64,000 nucleotides of DNA, taken from contig NOWV01000022.1 in assembly GCA_003344405.1 (NCBI GenBank), forward strand, positions 186,001 through 250,000, in the 5' to 3' direction. A model generated the notes under the pieces. The model was not told the DNA's origin. It saw only the letters and a list, made by a program, of their open reading frames with translations, and made no database searches. This DNA is from Trichoplax sp. H2. Lineage: Eukaryota. Below, piece after piece: positions 24,801 to 38,400 of the stretch (position 1 is its first letter; every line of letters starts with the position of its first letter). The position numbers and the translations under genes are program-made.

Positions 24801-27639
24801 AGTACGATTCTATATTGCTTGTCGGCGATTATTAGTACTGTACTACATAGGGTGGTAGTTTATTTGATAGTTCATTTTAAGACTCGATTATTAATTCATT
24901 ACCAAATGGCGACGGGAAAAGCAATTCATTAACAATTTCATTGCTGTATGTTTCAATAAATGTATCCAAAACTACGTCAAAATGTTATGGGTAGCGTTAG
25001 TAGTCTAAGCTTTATATGCTTGGTTCTTCTTGTGCTGTAGCAGAGTTATAGTAATAGAAATAGAAAGAAATATGATCTAAGATAGAATGAACTGCAGAAG
25101 ACATAGATAAATATTGGAATGTAATTTGGGGGTCTCTTCCAAATTTTCTCCTCATATTGATTATTTATATGAATAATATATGTCTGATGATTGCATAGCT
25201 TTCATTGGCGTTATTTTTTAGCGGGACACAATAATTATTTATATGATTTACTACCGCACTTGATATGAAGGCAATAAAGTTATTTGTATATTCAAAGAAC
25301 TGATTTATTTAAACATCACAGTCATGTCTAGTCACTTCAAGCCTGTATTCATTCGTTACTATCGATTTTTCTGAATTCTATTTTTGATAGATTAGAATCG
25401 TTTGTAACAAGCTTGAGATATATTATACAACATGGACGAATAGAATAAATAAAATCATACGATTTACAATATCGTAATCATTATTACTGACAACATTCCA
25501 TTTTTTTTCCTCCTCGTTTTGCAGATTTTATTTTGACAGTAGGATAGACATGAGGAAAGTAGGTGGTACTATTCCAGTTAATCTACGTCCATATTAGATA
25601 TCTGTAGAATTAAGCTATACCAGTAGCGTAGCAATGGTCTTACTAAAAAGATAGATTAACATGTTCAAGGCGAATCTGTCACTATCTTCGCAATCTATGA
25701 AATAATTTAGTGACGTCAATTCCAATCAATTATATTACTAATGTTCTCCAAACTAAAGCCGATTGTTTAATTGTCATTGTAGCCATAGTAAATAGATTTA
25801 CTACTGAGTTGGTAGACAATACCGGTAATTACAGAAACAGATCAATTACTATTTTCAATCTATGTTCAATCATGTTCTATTTCCCATACAGACATTTACG
25901 ATAGAGTTGTCTTGGTGCGATAGAAAATCGAGCTAATAAATAGAGTAAAGCAGAATAGAATAGAAAAACGTATTGAGAATAGATGCAAAGACTAGATGCA
26001 GTCAAAACTGTCGGGTGTCGATGCCAAAAACATATCAAACAGGATAATCAAACAATAGGGAAATCGTTTCAAAACAAGGTTATATTGTCTAAGGTTATTG
26101 ACCTTTTACATTATCGTCGGATTACTATTTTTCTGATTCGTTGTTCTTATTATTTAATTTTGGGATGTTTTTATAGGCCAGTAACAAATTTATATAGGAC
26201 GAAGTAAAAGCTTTTAAAGTATTGGTGCCATCATGGTTGGATAAACAATATAATTAAAATACATCTGCCCATTGATAGTAGAGAAGGGATGAATGAAGGC
26301 AATTAGCAAAAAAATTTGGGGCCTAGAATTAGCGATCTTCAATCTCTTACCAATCAGCAGATTGACCAGCAATGACTTGCTAAGAAGGTGAAAAAATCAT
26401 CTATAGTCTAGGCGATTTAATTGCCACATAGTGCCATATTGTTACTTAGCTACTAATGATGGCTTGGTTTAGAACTTTATTGAGCCCTTTACAACCACGA
26501 ACAAAGCATTCCTAGAGAAAAAGAATTCAATTTCTATAATGATTAAGGCCAGCATTGATAGAAGGTCATTTAGATATTAAACTAGAGCAGTCTAATTAAA
26601 ATTTTTTCCCACTCTATCCATTTTCTATAACAATATACCAAAAAACTGTATTAGACTAGGGTGAACCTAGTAATGCCAATTTTAATTACGGCAAGCAGGA
26701 AGTCATGATTAGTGTTGGTCTTTCTGACATTAATGAATCGTCGATAATACTGATTACTGTTTTAGATTCTCTATCCTGACTCCTTGAATTTACCATCTTG
26801 ATATCGCTTATGTCAAGCAGAAAATAGTCATCCATCTCCTTCTTGATGATTATCAGATAAAAAACAGGTTAGTTTTTGCAACTTGAAAAATAGATTGTTT
26901 CAATCAATAACAATAAACTGTAAATGGATGGAGTGGAATGATTCGGTGCTATCCTTAGACATACGCGTAAACTCGAATACGACTACTCTTTTGAAAATGA
27001 ATGTAAGGGTAATCTCTGCTAAATTTTAATTAACTGTGTTTTATCTTGACGATGAGACCCATTAAGGCATTGAAATTATATGTTAAAATTATTTTATGAA
27101 CTATCGCTCCCCCTATTTCTTCTTCTCCTTTTCCTGCCCTAAACTTGAGTAAAGCAAAATGGTTTAAAAAGACACAACCATGAGATTGAAATGATTGTAT
27201 TTTAATGGTAACAGGATCAAATAAAGTAACATCTATATTATTCTTAGAAAATGTCATTTTTACAGGTAGGATATTGTGTTAAAAATAAGGTGGAAATCAA
27301 AGCAAAACAGTTGCTATTAGAATTATTTACGGAAAAAACTCTATTAGAGTGAATAGATTGAAAACCCAAGGGCGACGGTATACTAACACTCTTGTCTTAA
27401 TGAAAGTAAAGTAGCTACTACTAGAATCATTTTCAAAAAACTGTGAATAGATAGATTGAAAACTTAAGGGCAATGCTATACAAGCACTCTTATTAGAAAT
27501 CACCACGCCAAAAAATGAAAGGATAGTGATATTATCAACGGAAAAAGTCATAAAACGATTAATTTTATACTAAATCAAAGTTTTAAACTAAAAGTTAAAT
27601 TATGTAATTATCGGAATAGTTGTGAACTATGAAAGAATA

Positions 27640-28420
27640 TCGATAATGCAATTAAAAAATAAATTTTCAATCCTGATTTAATTGCGTTGCTGTTGACTCT
27701 ATTATCCTATTCCTTTTTAAATTCAATTTTAAACTAAAACCAGTAAATTACAGCAATGTATGGCAATAGCTTGAAGGAATCAGATGATGTAGATTAAGAT
27801 AAATTTTCAATCCTGATTTAATCAAGGTACTGTTGATTCCACGATCCAATTCCTTTTAAAATTCATTTTTTAAACTAGAATAAAATCGATAAATTTTGGC
27901 AATGTATCGCAATAGTTTGAAGGAATCGCATAATGTAATCTAAGATTATTTTTTTTCAATCCCGATTTAATTACGGTACTGTCGATACTGCGATCCAATT
28001 CCTTTTAATTGGAATTTTTGATTTGAAGTAAAACCAGTAAACTATCGCAATCGATCGCAATAGTTTGAAAGAATCGTCATAATGTAGATTAATATTAGTT
28101 TTCAATCCTGATTCAATTACAGTATTGTTGATTCTATGATCCAATTCCTTTTTAAATTTAATTTTAGAACTGAAATAAAACCAGTAAACTGTCGTAATAC
28201 TTTGAAAAATTGTCATAATGTAATCTAAAAATAATTCTTAATCCTGATTTAATTGCGGTACTGTTGATTCTACCATCTAATGCCTTTCTAAATTAAATTT
28301 TGAAACTGTAACAAAACCAATAAACTATCGCGTAATTTAAAAGATGAAACAATTACAATAATGTAATTTAAAATTAGTTGTCCATCGTGATTCAATAGGG
28401 GTTACTATTAGGTCGATGGA
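27640..28420. repeat. Diverged tandem repeat, ~136-149-bp unit, about 5.5 copies
   Basis: The anchor TTTTCAATCCTGATTTAAT and its variants recur at ~27664, 27804, 27953, 28099, 28235 and, degenerately, 28378. Most copies are followed by GTACTGTTGATTC...CCAATTCCTTTT...AAAACCAGTAAA. Confidence 0.9.
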
Positions 28421-28619
28421 ACAATTTTATGTCAATAAAAATGAATCATTTCAATTAGTTCCGGTTGAACTGGGAATACCTTTCAAAACAATTGATTCGG
28501 TTACAAGTATCATTTGTGGGCATAGCTTTTATCACCGAATTGACCTTATTTGCCCTATTAGCAACTCTTTGGAACCTTTTAAATAATTTAAATCGGTAAA
28601 CAAGGCCATATTCTATAAT

Positions 28620-28860
28620 CAAAACCATAACTTTACTCTATCATCAATTCATTAGACCAATCTTCTATTTAGTCTTTCCAAAGGAAATATCTTCATATTA
28701 CCCTTGTCATTCATTATGTATATGAAGAATAAATAACTTTGCAAGCACAATGAACGAGATGATGAAGAATCATAACTTTATTCTATCGTCAATCAACCTG
28801 ACAAACTTTCCATTTAGTCTTTGGAAGGAAAACTTGCTCAGTTTACTCTTGTAATTGTTG
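28620..28860. repeat. Diverged direct duplication, ~147-bp spacing
   Basis: CATAACTTTAyTCTATCrTCAAT...ATTTAGTCTTT at ~28626 and ~28771. Confidence 0.7.
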
Positions 28861-29494
28861 ACATGAAAAATAGCTTAACAACCAACATTAACTATGCCAT
28901 CATAATGGCACAATTGTTCAGGCTTGATTTTATAAGATTTGTGGAAAACAAAGAATGCTCATCATGTCGAAATAGGCAGAAAACATCTAGGCCGTTAAAC
29001 TTTACTAATGGTCAACGTATATTTTTGAGGGAGAAATAGAGTAGAAAAAATAGAAGAATATTTATTAGAAGGAATCACATATTAGATGATCAATAGGTAG
29101 AATAAAATAGTCCTTTCTTCGCTTTCAAAACGTTATAGCATAGCTCGGAGCGATCAATAAGGAGTGTTCTAGAAATGCCTATCTACTCCATATTTCAAGA
29201 TTTTTGCTATTAATCTATTTAAGATCAGAGATAGAGTTTACACTTTGTCATATAAAGCACGAAGAATTCAATATTCACCCCAGATATTCACGAGTTCAAG
29301 GATAAATAGAAAGAATAAAGTTTTCTTTTATTGTTTTTAAGATGTTATACCGTGGAAGGCTAATGACTGTTAGGAATGGAACTACTATATTTAACATGGC
29401 GAATCCCCTTCATTTTAGCACATTTTTCGTCCGTCTTGATTAAAATTACCTACTCTAGCTTAGAAGATAGGTTTAATGATACTGGATTAATCCA

Positions 29495-29875
29495 TTAATC
29501 TTAAAACTACTGACAGATTTCACTGTTTTAAAGTTATTTATTTCCATCAGTTCTAGTACAAGAGCGAAAACAGTTATATGACCATTCATCACTTAATTTT
29601 AATACTGCTGACAGATTTACGCGTCTTAAAGTTGCTCACTTCTTCTAGTTCTAGTATAATATTCCAAACGCAGTTTACAAGACTATCTGTTACTTAATTT
29701 TAAGAGTACTGACAGACTTAGCTATCTTAAAGCTCTAATTAGCTGTCTTAAAGTTGTTCACTTCTTCTAGTTCTAGTATAATATGCCGAAGACAGTTATA
29801 GGACCATCCGTCATTTCTTTAGAAAAGTACTAACAGAATTAGTTGTCTTAAAGTTATTACAGTTACAGTATAATA
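29495..29875. repeat. Diverged tandem repeat, ~100-bp unit, about 3.5 copies
   Basis: CTGACAGA(T/C)TT...TCTTAAAGTT...AGTTCTAGTA recurs at ~29510, 29608, 29709 and 29830. Confidence 0.85.
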
Positions 29876-31236
29876 CGTTGGAGAAAGTTAGTTCTTTTCG
29901 TCATGATATTGGTTCTATTACAACTGTAAGAGAATGGACAAAATTATGGCCACTAAATCTGTCCTTATTTTAATATAGCAACAAGTCAATGATAGATAAT
30001 TATATAACCAGCCCTTCAATTATCTTTGACAAGATATCGGTAGCATTACCATAAATTAAGAGAAAATAGACCAATTGAAGACGGCTAAACCTGTCAATAT
30101 TTTAATTTAGAAATAACTTCCATGACACGTAGTTGATTCTTAAACTCTCTTCTACATGTTAAGGATTTTATTATAACTTTAACATACAATCACTTTACTA
30201 CTTACTCAATTTGAGTAATTGACTCCATTTTAAAATGTCGGATTGTGTATATATTCCTTTTCAATTGCTATTATACAATATTTGATGATCTAGGTACCAG
30301 ACTAAAATCAATTCCACTAGAGGAATTTGATCTTAATATATCGAACTCATGAGTGATTGAGCTCCAGGCAATATCGAAATTTCTCTCGATAGCTATATTC
30401 GCATTATCTTAGCTAGTGCTAGTTATAGCTTTTGGCAGAGTTTCATATCCAAAAAGAATTTCTCTGCACTTCAATTCTGCATCTGCATTTATTTTCAGCT
30501 TCTAAGAGATTTTAACTTTTGCTTTAGTTATATAAAATTGATTTGAAAAGTATTTCGCTGATAATGACCCAACAACTTTATTAGGTCAATCTATAAATTG
30601 GTTTATCCCATCTATTTTGGCCCTTTCGCTCCTCTTCTTTGCCTCTATTCAATATCTCCTGTAAGTAACTGCAAAAATTTCACTCTCTATATACTAGTTT
30701 ATATTTGTTTTAGCATTCTACTGCACATTTTTACTTTGATGGCTGGAAGATCACTTGAAGATATTAATCTAGAATGATTCTTGGCATTTTCATTCTTTCA
30801 TGATTAGAAAACTTGCTCAAAATAGATAAAATCTATTCTAAGGATTTGTAATTTCTGCTGCAGTCTTAACTTATTCGCATAAGATTATTAGCCTTTAAGT
30901 GCTGTTGCTAGTTACCCGATCTTGTTATACAAAAATGAAAGAATCTGTAATTCATATTATAAATTGAAGTTATCAGTATAAGATTATAGTTATATTATAA
31001 GCCTTTAGCGCCTCCAATGGCATTCGATCTAGTCGAGAAATACAAGATCAAGAATTTGCAATTTCTATTACAATGTCAATTTATTAGCATAATCTTATTC
31101 GCCTGTAGCACTTTTAATAATTGATTAGCTCAAAAATGATTGAAAAGCTGCAATCACTTTTATTGCCATCTGTCTAGTTAAGTAATAAGGAATCGATTCC
31201 ATCCTTTCTCATTCCTATCTAGATAGAGTATCCAAC

Positions 31237-33075
31237 ATGAAGTTATTCTTTTCTTGCCAAAATTATCGTTTTGCATTAAATGTCAGCCAAACTGATACCG
31301 TTGGCTCGGTGATGGAACGATTACGTGAGAAAGCTTCCATCATATTCGATGATAGCAGCAATACACGATTAGTACCTTATTATGCCGGCTCGTATTTACA
31401 GAAAGAATGGCCGATCATGGATATTGGTATACCTCAAGGTTCAACCATTCGATGTTATTTACGCCAAGAGTTAAAACCTTCTCTCTACGTTTATTGCAAT
31501 TTTAACAGGCAGCTGATTGATATTAATGAGCCATTAAATGTGCCGCAAACTCCAGTCCATCAATTACGATCGATTATTACCGATCTAACGGGTTTGCCGC
31601 TAAGTTGTTATTGTTTAATTTCACCTTATCGACGGGTTATGAACGATTCCGATAAATTATTAGATCATCTTGTTGATGAAGGCATGACTGTCCGTTTAGA
31701 AACGATTAAAGGTTTAGATGAATTCTTTCACGCAGCTTGTGCTGGCAAAGTGCGCGATATCTTGCAATTAATGCCAGCTAATCGCCTTGAAAGACATTAC
31801 TTGTGTAAAGTCGCTCTCTTTATTGCATCGCATAATGGCCATTACGATTTAACAGGGACTATGCTTTCCATGGGCTATTTAGCTAGTCAGCCACCTGGTT
31901 TTCATCCAACGATCAATTGGTGCTTAGATCGAACTCATTTTGGCCATTTAACTACACCATTACATCAAGCAGCGATGAAAGATAATATTAGTATATTACG
32001 ATTATCCCTATTGAATAATTTAGTGGGAATCACATGCCAAGATGGTTTTAATCAGACACCATTACAAGTAGCTATCAAATATAACAGCCAACAATCCGTT
32101 CAATATTTAAAATCACAATTACGACGTTATACCGATCATCAAAATGGTCTAGCAAATAGCCGCTATCCGTCCAAGAATAAATTCCATCATTGTCGTTATC
32201 AACATTATAATCCTGAGAAATTATTCGAAATTAAGACATTAGCTCAAGTTGGACGAATTGTAGAAGAAAAAGACGGCCAAGCACGCTTTACAGTCGATTC
32301 TCAACGTTATCGGTTGCAAGATTATGATGATCAAGAAGAATTTGTTGTCGTGGATGATGAACATGGCCAACCCAAGTTAGTCAAACGATCATCGATAGAT
32401 AAATCATCATTGAAAAATGGCCAAGATCATTCTTTACTTATCAAATCGCCATCATCGTCACCACCTCATCGTCGTAAAGCTAAAAAATCAACATTATCCG
32501 CTAGTCATACCTATCATTATCGTACAGCCAAAGTTAGTAAAGCAACTCGTGCCAAAACAGCAGCAGATTCATTAATGCCTATCGATCAAAACCCAAAGGA
32601 TAAGCAACCATTTCATCCGGCATTCTTACATGTTGATAATCATGCTGAGGTTCAGACTAATTTCATAGATGAAAAGTTAACACAATCGACTAATTTACCA
32701 ACACTTCCTACTACCGCCGCGATTTCGTCTGGTGCTATCCAGCAACAAACTAGTTTTGATTTTGTCAAAGGTTATCGCTCTACCACTACTGCACCCACAC
32801 TCTCTAAATCGATATCGTTGCCTTCGTCATCATCTTTTACTTCACAATATAGTTCTAGGCTGAAATCTGAAACATCATTAGAAGATTTTGAAAGATATCG
32901 TGGCCAAAATGCTCGTGAAAAAGCGCTAGCATGTATGGATATAGCTACAACATTTAAAAGTAAGCCATGGTTAAAGCAAATTCAATTAGCTGTCAAGTTA
33001 AATGTCAGCAGTTGTAAACGATCGATGAATTCGATCCAATTTTCCAATATCAGTAAATGCGATACACATCAGTAA
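31237..33075 (+). CDS. ANKUB1: Ankyrin repeat and ubiquitin-like domain protein (ANKUB1-like), single coding exon, 612 aa
   Basis: Two N-terminal ubiquitin-like folds (YAGSYLQKEWPIMDIGI; GLPLSCYCL...GMTVRLE), ankyrin repeats (VALFIASHNGHYDL, TPLHQAA, QTPLQVAIKY) and C-terminal F.SKPWLKQ motif, recalled as similar to vertebrate ANKUB1. Confidence 0.85.
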   Translation: MKLFFSCQNYRFALNVSQTDTVGSVMERLREKASIIFDDSSNTRLVPYYAGSYLQKEWPIMDIGIPQGSTIRCYLRQELKPSLYVYCNFNRQLIDINEPLNVPQTPVHQLRSIITDLTGLPLSCYCLISPYRRVMNDSDKLLDHLVDEGMTVRLETIKGLDEFFHAACAGKVRDILQLMPANRLERHYLCKVALFIASHNGHYDLTGTMLSMGYLASQPPGFHPTINWCLDRTHFGHLTTPLHQAAMKDNISILRLSLLNNLVGITCQDGFNQTPLQVAIKYNSQQSVQYLKSQLRRYTDHQNGLANSRYPSKNKFHHCRYQHYNPEKLFEIKTLAQVGRIVEEKDGQARFTVDSQRYRLQDYDDQEEFVVVDDEHGQPKLVKRSSIDKSSLKNGQDHSLLIKSPSSSPPHRRKAKKSTLSASHTYHYRTAKVSKATRAKTAADSLMPIDQNPKDKQPFHPAFLHVDNHAEVQTNFIDEKLTQSTNLPTLPTTAAISSGAIQQQTSFDFVKGYRSTTTAPTLSKSISLPSSSSFTSQYSSRLKSETSLEDFERYRGQNAREKALACMDIATTFKSKPWLKQIQLAVKLNVSSCKRSMNSIQFSNISKCDTHQ

Positions 33076-35439
33076 CCTATTGCAGATGTTGCCGTATTTG
33101 CCAGCATTATCCATTATTTCTTAAATTTCTTCAGTCAGTAGTTATTTGCCACCAACAGCGAAAATGTCTACAGTTGACTGATGCAACATTGGCATTAAAG
33201 GAGGTTTCAATGAAGCACATGCAAAGCTGAAAGAAGCATCAGTATTGTCATGCCATTCTTTGCTTTTTAGGTTGCTTATATAACGCTTCCGTAGTGTTTT
33301 AATAGACAGACGTGATTCAATTTTTCTACTTCTTAAAATATTCTTCCAATCGTCTATCCAAGTCTGATAGACTGGCTGTCATAGTTGATAAATTGTATCA
33401 AAGTTGTAAAATACATTATGCTAATTTGCTAAATGGAATCGCCAAATGGTTAAGTACAGTACTTTTGATTAGTTTTATGAATCAGATTTAAAAGTTTGCA
33501 ATTAAGCTAATTAGAATTGCGTCGAATATAAATTAATCGTTTTATGATCGATAGATGATAAGTTCTCCTTATGATATAGAATAAGGATCAATTAAGAGCT
33601 TACAATAGACAATTTAATGTGTTGCCTTTAAAGAGTAAAACTGATCTTTAACTCCCCTGTTAATTTCATCTGCGAATTTAACTGATAGTACAATATATTA
33701 AAATTTTTCCCATACGATTTTGGTACCTAATTAAAATAGTATTTTGGGGAAAATTAATACCAGCTCTAATTCATCGTTCATAATAACTATTTAATTTTAG
33801 GTTAATCAAGATTCATTGCACAACCTATTTGCATAAAGGAATGTTTACTGCAATATGGTATATGGATAAGAATTCTAATCTAACCATATTTCTATATTCT
33901 ATATCTCAAGCCTCATGAAAATATAAAGTTAATTTAAAATTTTATGAAAATAAGAGCATAAAATCATAACAGAATTTCTTTGTTTTTCCCGTTTTATTGT
34001 TCCCTTTCTATCTTTATATTTCAAAATTGAACAAATTATCAATTCAACTGTAAAAATTGAAGTATTTTGTCTGCATTATTCATCTATTCTAGTTTTTACA
34101 AGTTAATTTAACCCACAAAAACAACCTTGTTGCAGATGCTATTAATTGCTCATTTTGTCTGATTTCCTTCGATTAGTTTATAGTCAGTCATTTATTTCTT
34201 GTATTACTAATTATAGATTGAGTATCGTCCGATAGGATTCAAATATGCATTAGTTGTGCTGCGGTTGTATTTGATCGATGGTATCCCGTCATTTTTACCG
34301 ATTTAATGTAAATGTACCGGAGAACTATCAAGTAATCACTTCTAATTGAAATTATATTTATTTTATTTCGGATCTAACTTCCATCATTCAATAGTAAACA
34401 ATCGAATTAAGAGTGAAGATGAATCAGAATTTCCTGTAATATTTTGTTTTCTTAATCTATAACTGAATTAGCATTCAAATGGTAGGGTTGATGTTTTTCT
34501 AATCTGAAATAAAGTTTACTTTAAGCGCCATAAAAAATATTTAGTAAAATAGATTGTAATAAGATAACGACACGGAAGTTGTTTAACAGACTACGACAGC
34601 TACGTCATTTTTTTATGAGCATTCAAAAAGTAAAAGCTATGCTTAAATTAACCGTCCATTCTCCTTTGCAGGATGACATAATCAGTAAAAATTGGCATGG
34701 GATAGTTAGTATTATAACCAAATCTTATACATGATTGAAATATAATTGATACACGGAAATGATCATTTATAGTACTACAGTAGAATCACGGATGTATTCG
34801 AGTTTAAAATTTTATTAGCCACCATGAGCTTACAACGCACGGTGACGTAAAACAAACTTCGATTATGTCCAAATATTACTAATTTTAAATTACAAAGGAA
34901 TTTCAACAGCCATTCAATTGGATAAATTTGATGCCCAAGCGGCATATATGCATGCAACAAACTGTTCTAATTATAAATTTGCACGTAAATTATTCCCTGA
35001 AATTTGTTAGATAATAATATGCATAGATACATGATATTTCCTAATATTATGTAAGACGGAGACATTTCCACGTTATAAAATGAATGTTATATAAAGGTAG
35101 CAAATTTTATAATTTAAAATCGTCTTAAACGTCAATATCGCAAGATCTTTTGTCTATTTATTATGACCTTCAGATCCCGGGACTCCTTCCTGTGTTTGGA
35201 TATGGTTGAAAATCGCGTAAATTTTAATCAGATGATTGCAAGATCAAGCATGTTGCCAATGTAACATAATGTATCAAAATAGATCACTATAGGAATTCAT
35301 GATCACGTTGGTATATAAATAGTCAAATGCTGCATTATTAATACGGAATTGACGATATCTTACTACAACAGGGATATAAAGATGAGTTCATGTTTGTAGA
35401 TATCACAAGCTATGATAAATTTAATAGGACGAAATTAAC

Positions 35440-38400
35440 TTAATTTCCAGATTCTTCCAGGATATCACGGTTTAAAAATGAATTGTTTCCTAAATATCAG
35501 ATAAGGATTGTATATTAATAACTGTTAATGAAAAATCTACAGTCTAATGATCAAAAATATACTAGATTGATTACCGGTACTTTCCATTCTAGGCAAAGTG
35601 TTATTGTTTGTTTCGTCATCTGCACTTTCAGAGGTAGTATGAAAAGAAGTAGAAAAAATTATACAAGTATTATCATTACGGATCTTGCAAATAGCTAAAA
35701 AAATTTATCAATGAATGTATAGATATATACGCATGTATTTACAACATATTCATATATTTACCATTGATGAACAGGCATGCTTAAATGATTTCCGTTATAA
35801 TACGTTCCTGTAGCCAAATTGCTACAGTTGTCTTCCGTTAAAAGGCGCTGTACAGGAGAAGGACATGATTCATTCGAAGTTTCTTGAGAAGCCGATCTAC
35901 TATTTATTTCACCACTTGATAACGATATGGAATCGCATCGTAAAACTACACCTGTGAGTCATTCGTGCAAAGCATATAAGTATCTATTAAACGACTTCTC
36001 TTTAACTTAAAATTGAATTAATATTTATAAATTAATAACCACCATTAGATATACCATCTAGGTCTGAATCGCTATCAACAACTATTATTTCTTGGTTGTT
36101 AACAACGTATGTATCTTTCCTTGCTTGATGAGATGCATCATTAGCTATTAACTTTAACTGGGATTCTCTTAACTGTCTTGCATTTTGATGTTGGTTGGTA
36201 ACCAGGGATGAGGAAGTACTTGCATGAGCTTTTTCGGAGGTTGAGGACCTGGTTATAGTTACATTTGATGGAGAATTTCTTCTTAAAGAACGATGTGTAC
36301 ACTTTGATTGCGGCGTATTTGCTAAACCTGCGACAGCTCTCCCTTCAGAGGTATTCAACGACTCGTCAGAACCAACTTCTAAAAATGATTAAATAAATAC
36401 AGTAATCCCTTAGCGAACAGCAATTATAAATTTCTAATTCAGTTTCGAAATAATTCGTCACTGTAAGAGTAAAGAGTAAAAATAAGTATCCGACAGCTGT
36501 AATTACAAATAATACATAGCATGCTTTTTTGTAAGAATAATAACAATCAGAGGATGCATAGTCAGTAAATCTTCACTACTTAGTTCATTACATGTTCGAT
36601 AATTAATTTTCAATTCAATTGTAGCAATACAAGTATTGATAATAAACTGCCAGTATAGGGCTTACTAAGTCCATTTCATGACAATTATTTTAGCCTTATT
36701 TAAGCAGATTAATTACCGTCCTCTTTTTTGTGCGTCAATGCAAAACGAGCGCTAGATTCATCAATGGATGCATCCAATGATGACAGCTCAAGTTCTACCC
36801 GTGTTTCACTAGAAAATTCTAATAACATTTTGTTTACGCATTAATTTCAGTTTTCGAATTATTCAGTTATATAGTCCACTATTTTGAATTCTTTCCGTAA
36901 TTTTACTGTATAATATACCGTCTTTTGATATTTTTTCCTCAGGGTTACCCTTCAACAAGCGCTAGAAATTTCAGTAAGATTCAAGATAAGATATACAAAT
37001 TAAACAGAGGTATAATTTAAGGTAATATCATTACTGAATCGCCTGAAAATCACCTCTTTCAGCTTTCCAAGTTCAGCTACAACGTTTTGATGCTTTTTTT
37101 CTAACATTTCTACAACCCTTAAAAGTATATAAACTATTTATGACATAAACATTAATCAATGCTACGCGTAAGATGATATACTTACCATTCTAGATCGCTA
37201 CATTTAGAGTAATAGGATGGATGTCTAACGGAAAATCTTAATTGAATTGAATCATTCACTAGATAACCTTCCCTAGACTGTAACAGAAGGCAAGAGTGAA
37301 TCAGATAATTGATTTCCGTTATGGAATAGGAAGTAACAATTGATGTAAGAAATACCAGTAAATCTAGACGAAAGAAACGATTATAACCCCAGGATTCTCC
37401 AACATCAAAGTCTGATGCTATTGAAATCAAACCATTAGCAATATTAATATAATAATATCAAAAGAAGTTTTATGGGTGTATGATCTGAAAGTAGTTACCA
37501 AATTCCCTAATTATATTCTTTTTAGGATCTGCACGTGAAGTGCCTTGATGGACTAATTCGATGCGATACTCATACCTAGTTGTGAGGGAAAATTAATTCT
37601 CTTTGTACTCTTAAAATTTGGTAAGATGATACCGTACTTGGATGTACGCTGTGGACCAGCATGTAATTCGAGAAACACCGATAAAAATTCTCCAGAGGAC
37701 GATCCACTGCCATTCTACATTTATTGTTTTGTATTTAACTACAGTTAGAAGAGTATAAATATATAGACCCTGTTTATAAATTTGATAGCCTAAGTTAGGT
37801 ATTCCTACCGGATAAACTTTCAGACGCCATTTTAAACCGTGAGTGTCAAGCATTCGACTATATAAAGGGTTACTGTATCGTTTTTTCCTTCTACAAGTGC
37901 ATAAATAACAAATTAGTATCTTAGTTAGCAAGAAATTTGTTCATAATTGCTGAAATAGTGACAAACTAATTTTCTTACGTGTAATCTTTTATGTGGAAAG
38001 ACCCATGAGCAAATCGAGGTACTACCTCACTTGAATAGTAGTGTTGGTACGAGATTGATATTTATTTTAGATCGTATGTAAATAAAAATATTATTGTAGC
38101 TAAATTCATAATTAAAATTGCGGGTAATACCTGTCAAAGACGATTTCAATTTCTTCTGTAATGAGTGATTCAATCGATTTTAATCGGATCTAAAAAATTC
38201 GCAATTGTTGTTATGACGATAATATCAAAAAGAGCTTAATATTCATGTCTTTAATACTTAACAATAAATTAACCAGTACCACTAACGAGCACACTATTTT
38301 TATTCATTATATGTTTTGTATATATACGAACGAGGTATAATATTTGGTACGGTAAGCCCAATAATTATAATGATACGAGATTAGACACGTCCATAATGTA

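Noticed and set aside
27030..28216. Minus-strand ORFs starting MTFS/MTIF
   Set aside because: By-products of tandem repeats whose unit lengths do not preserve frame.
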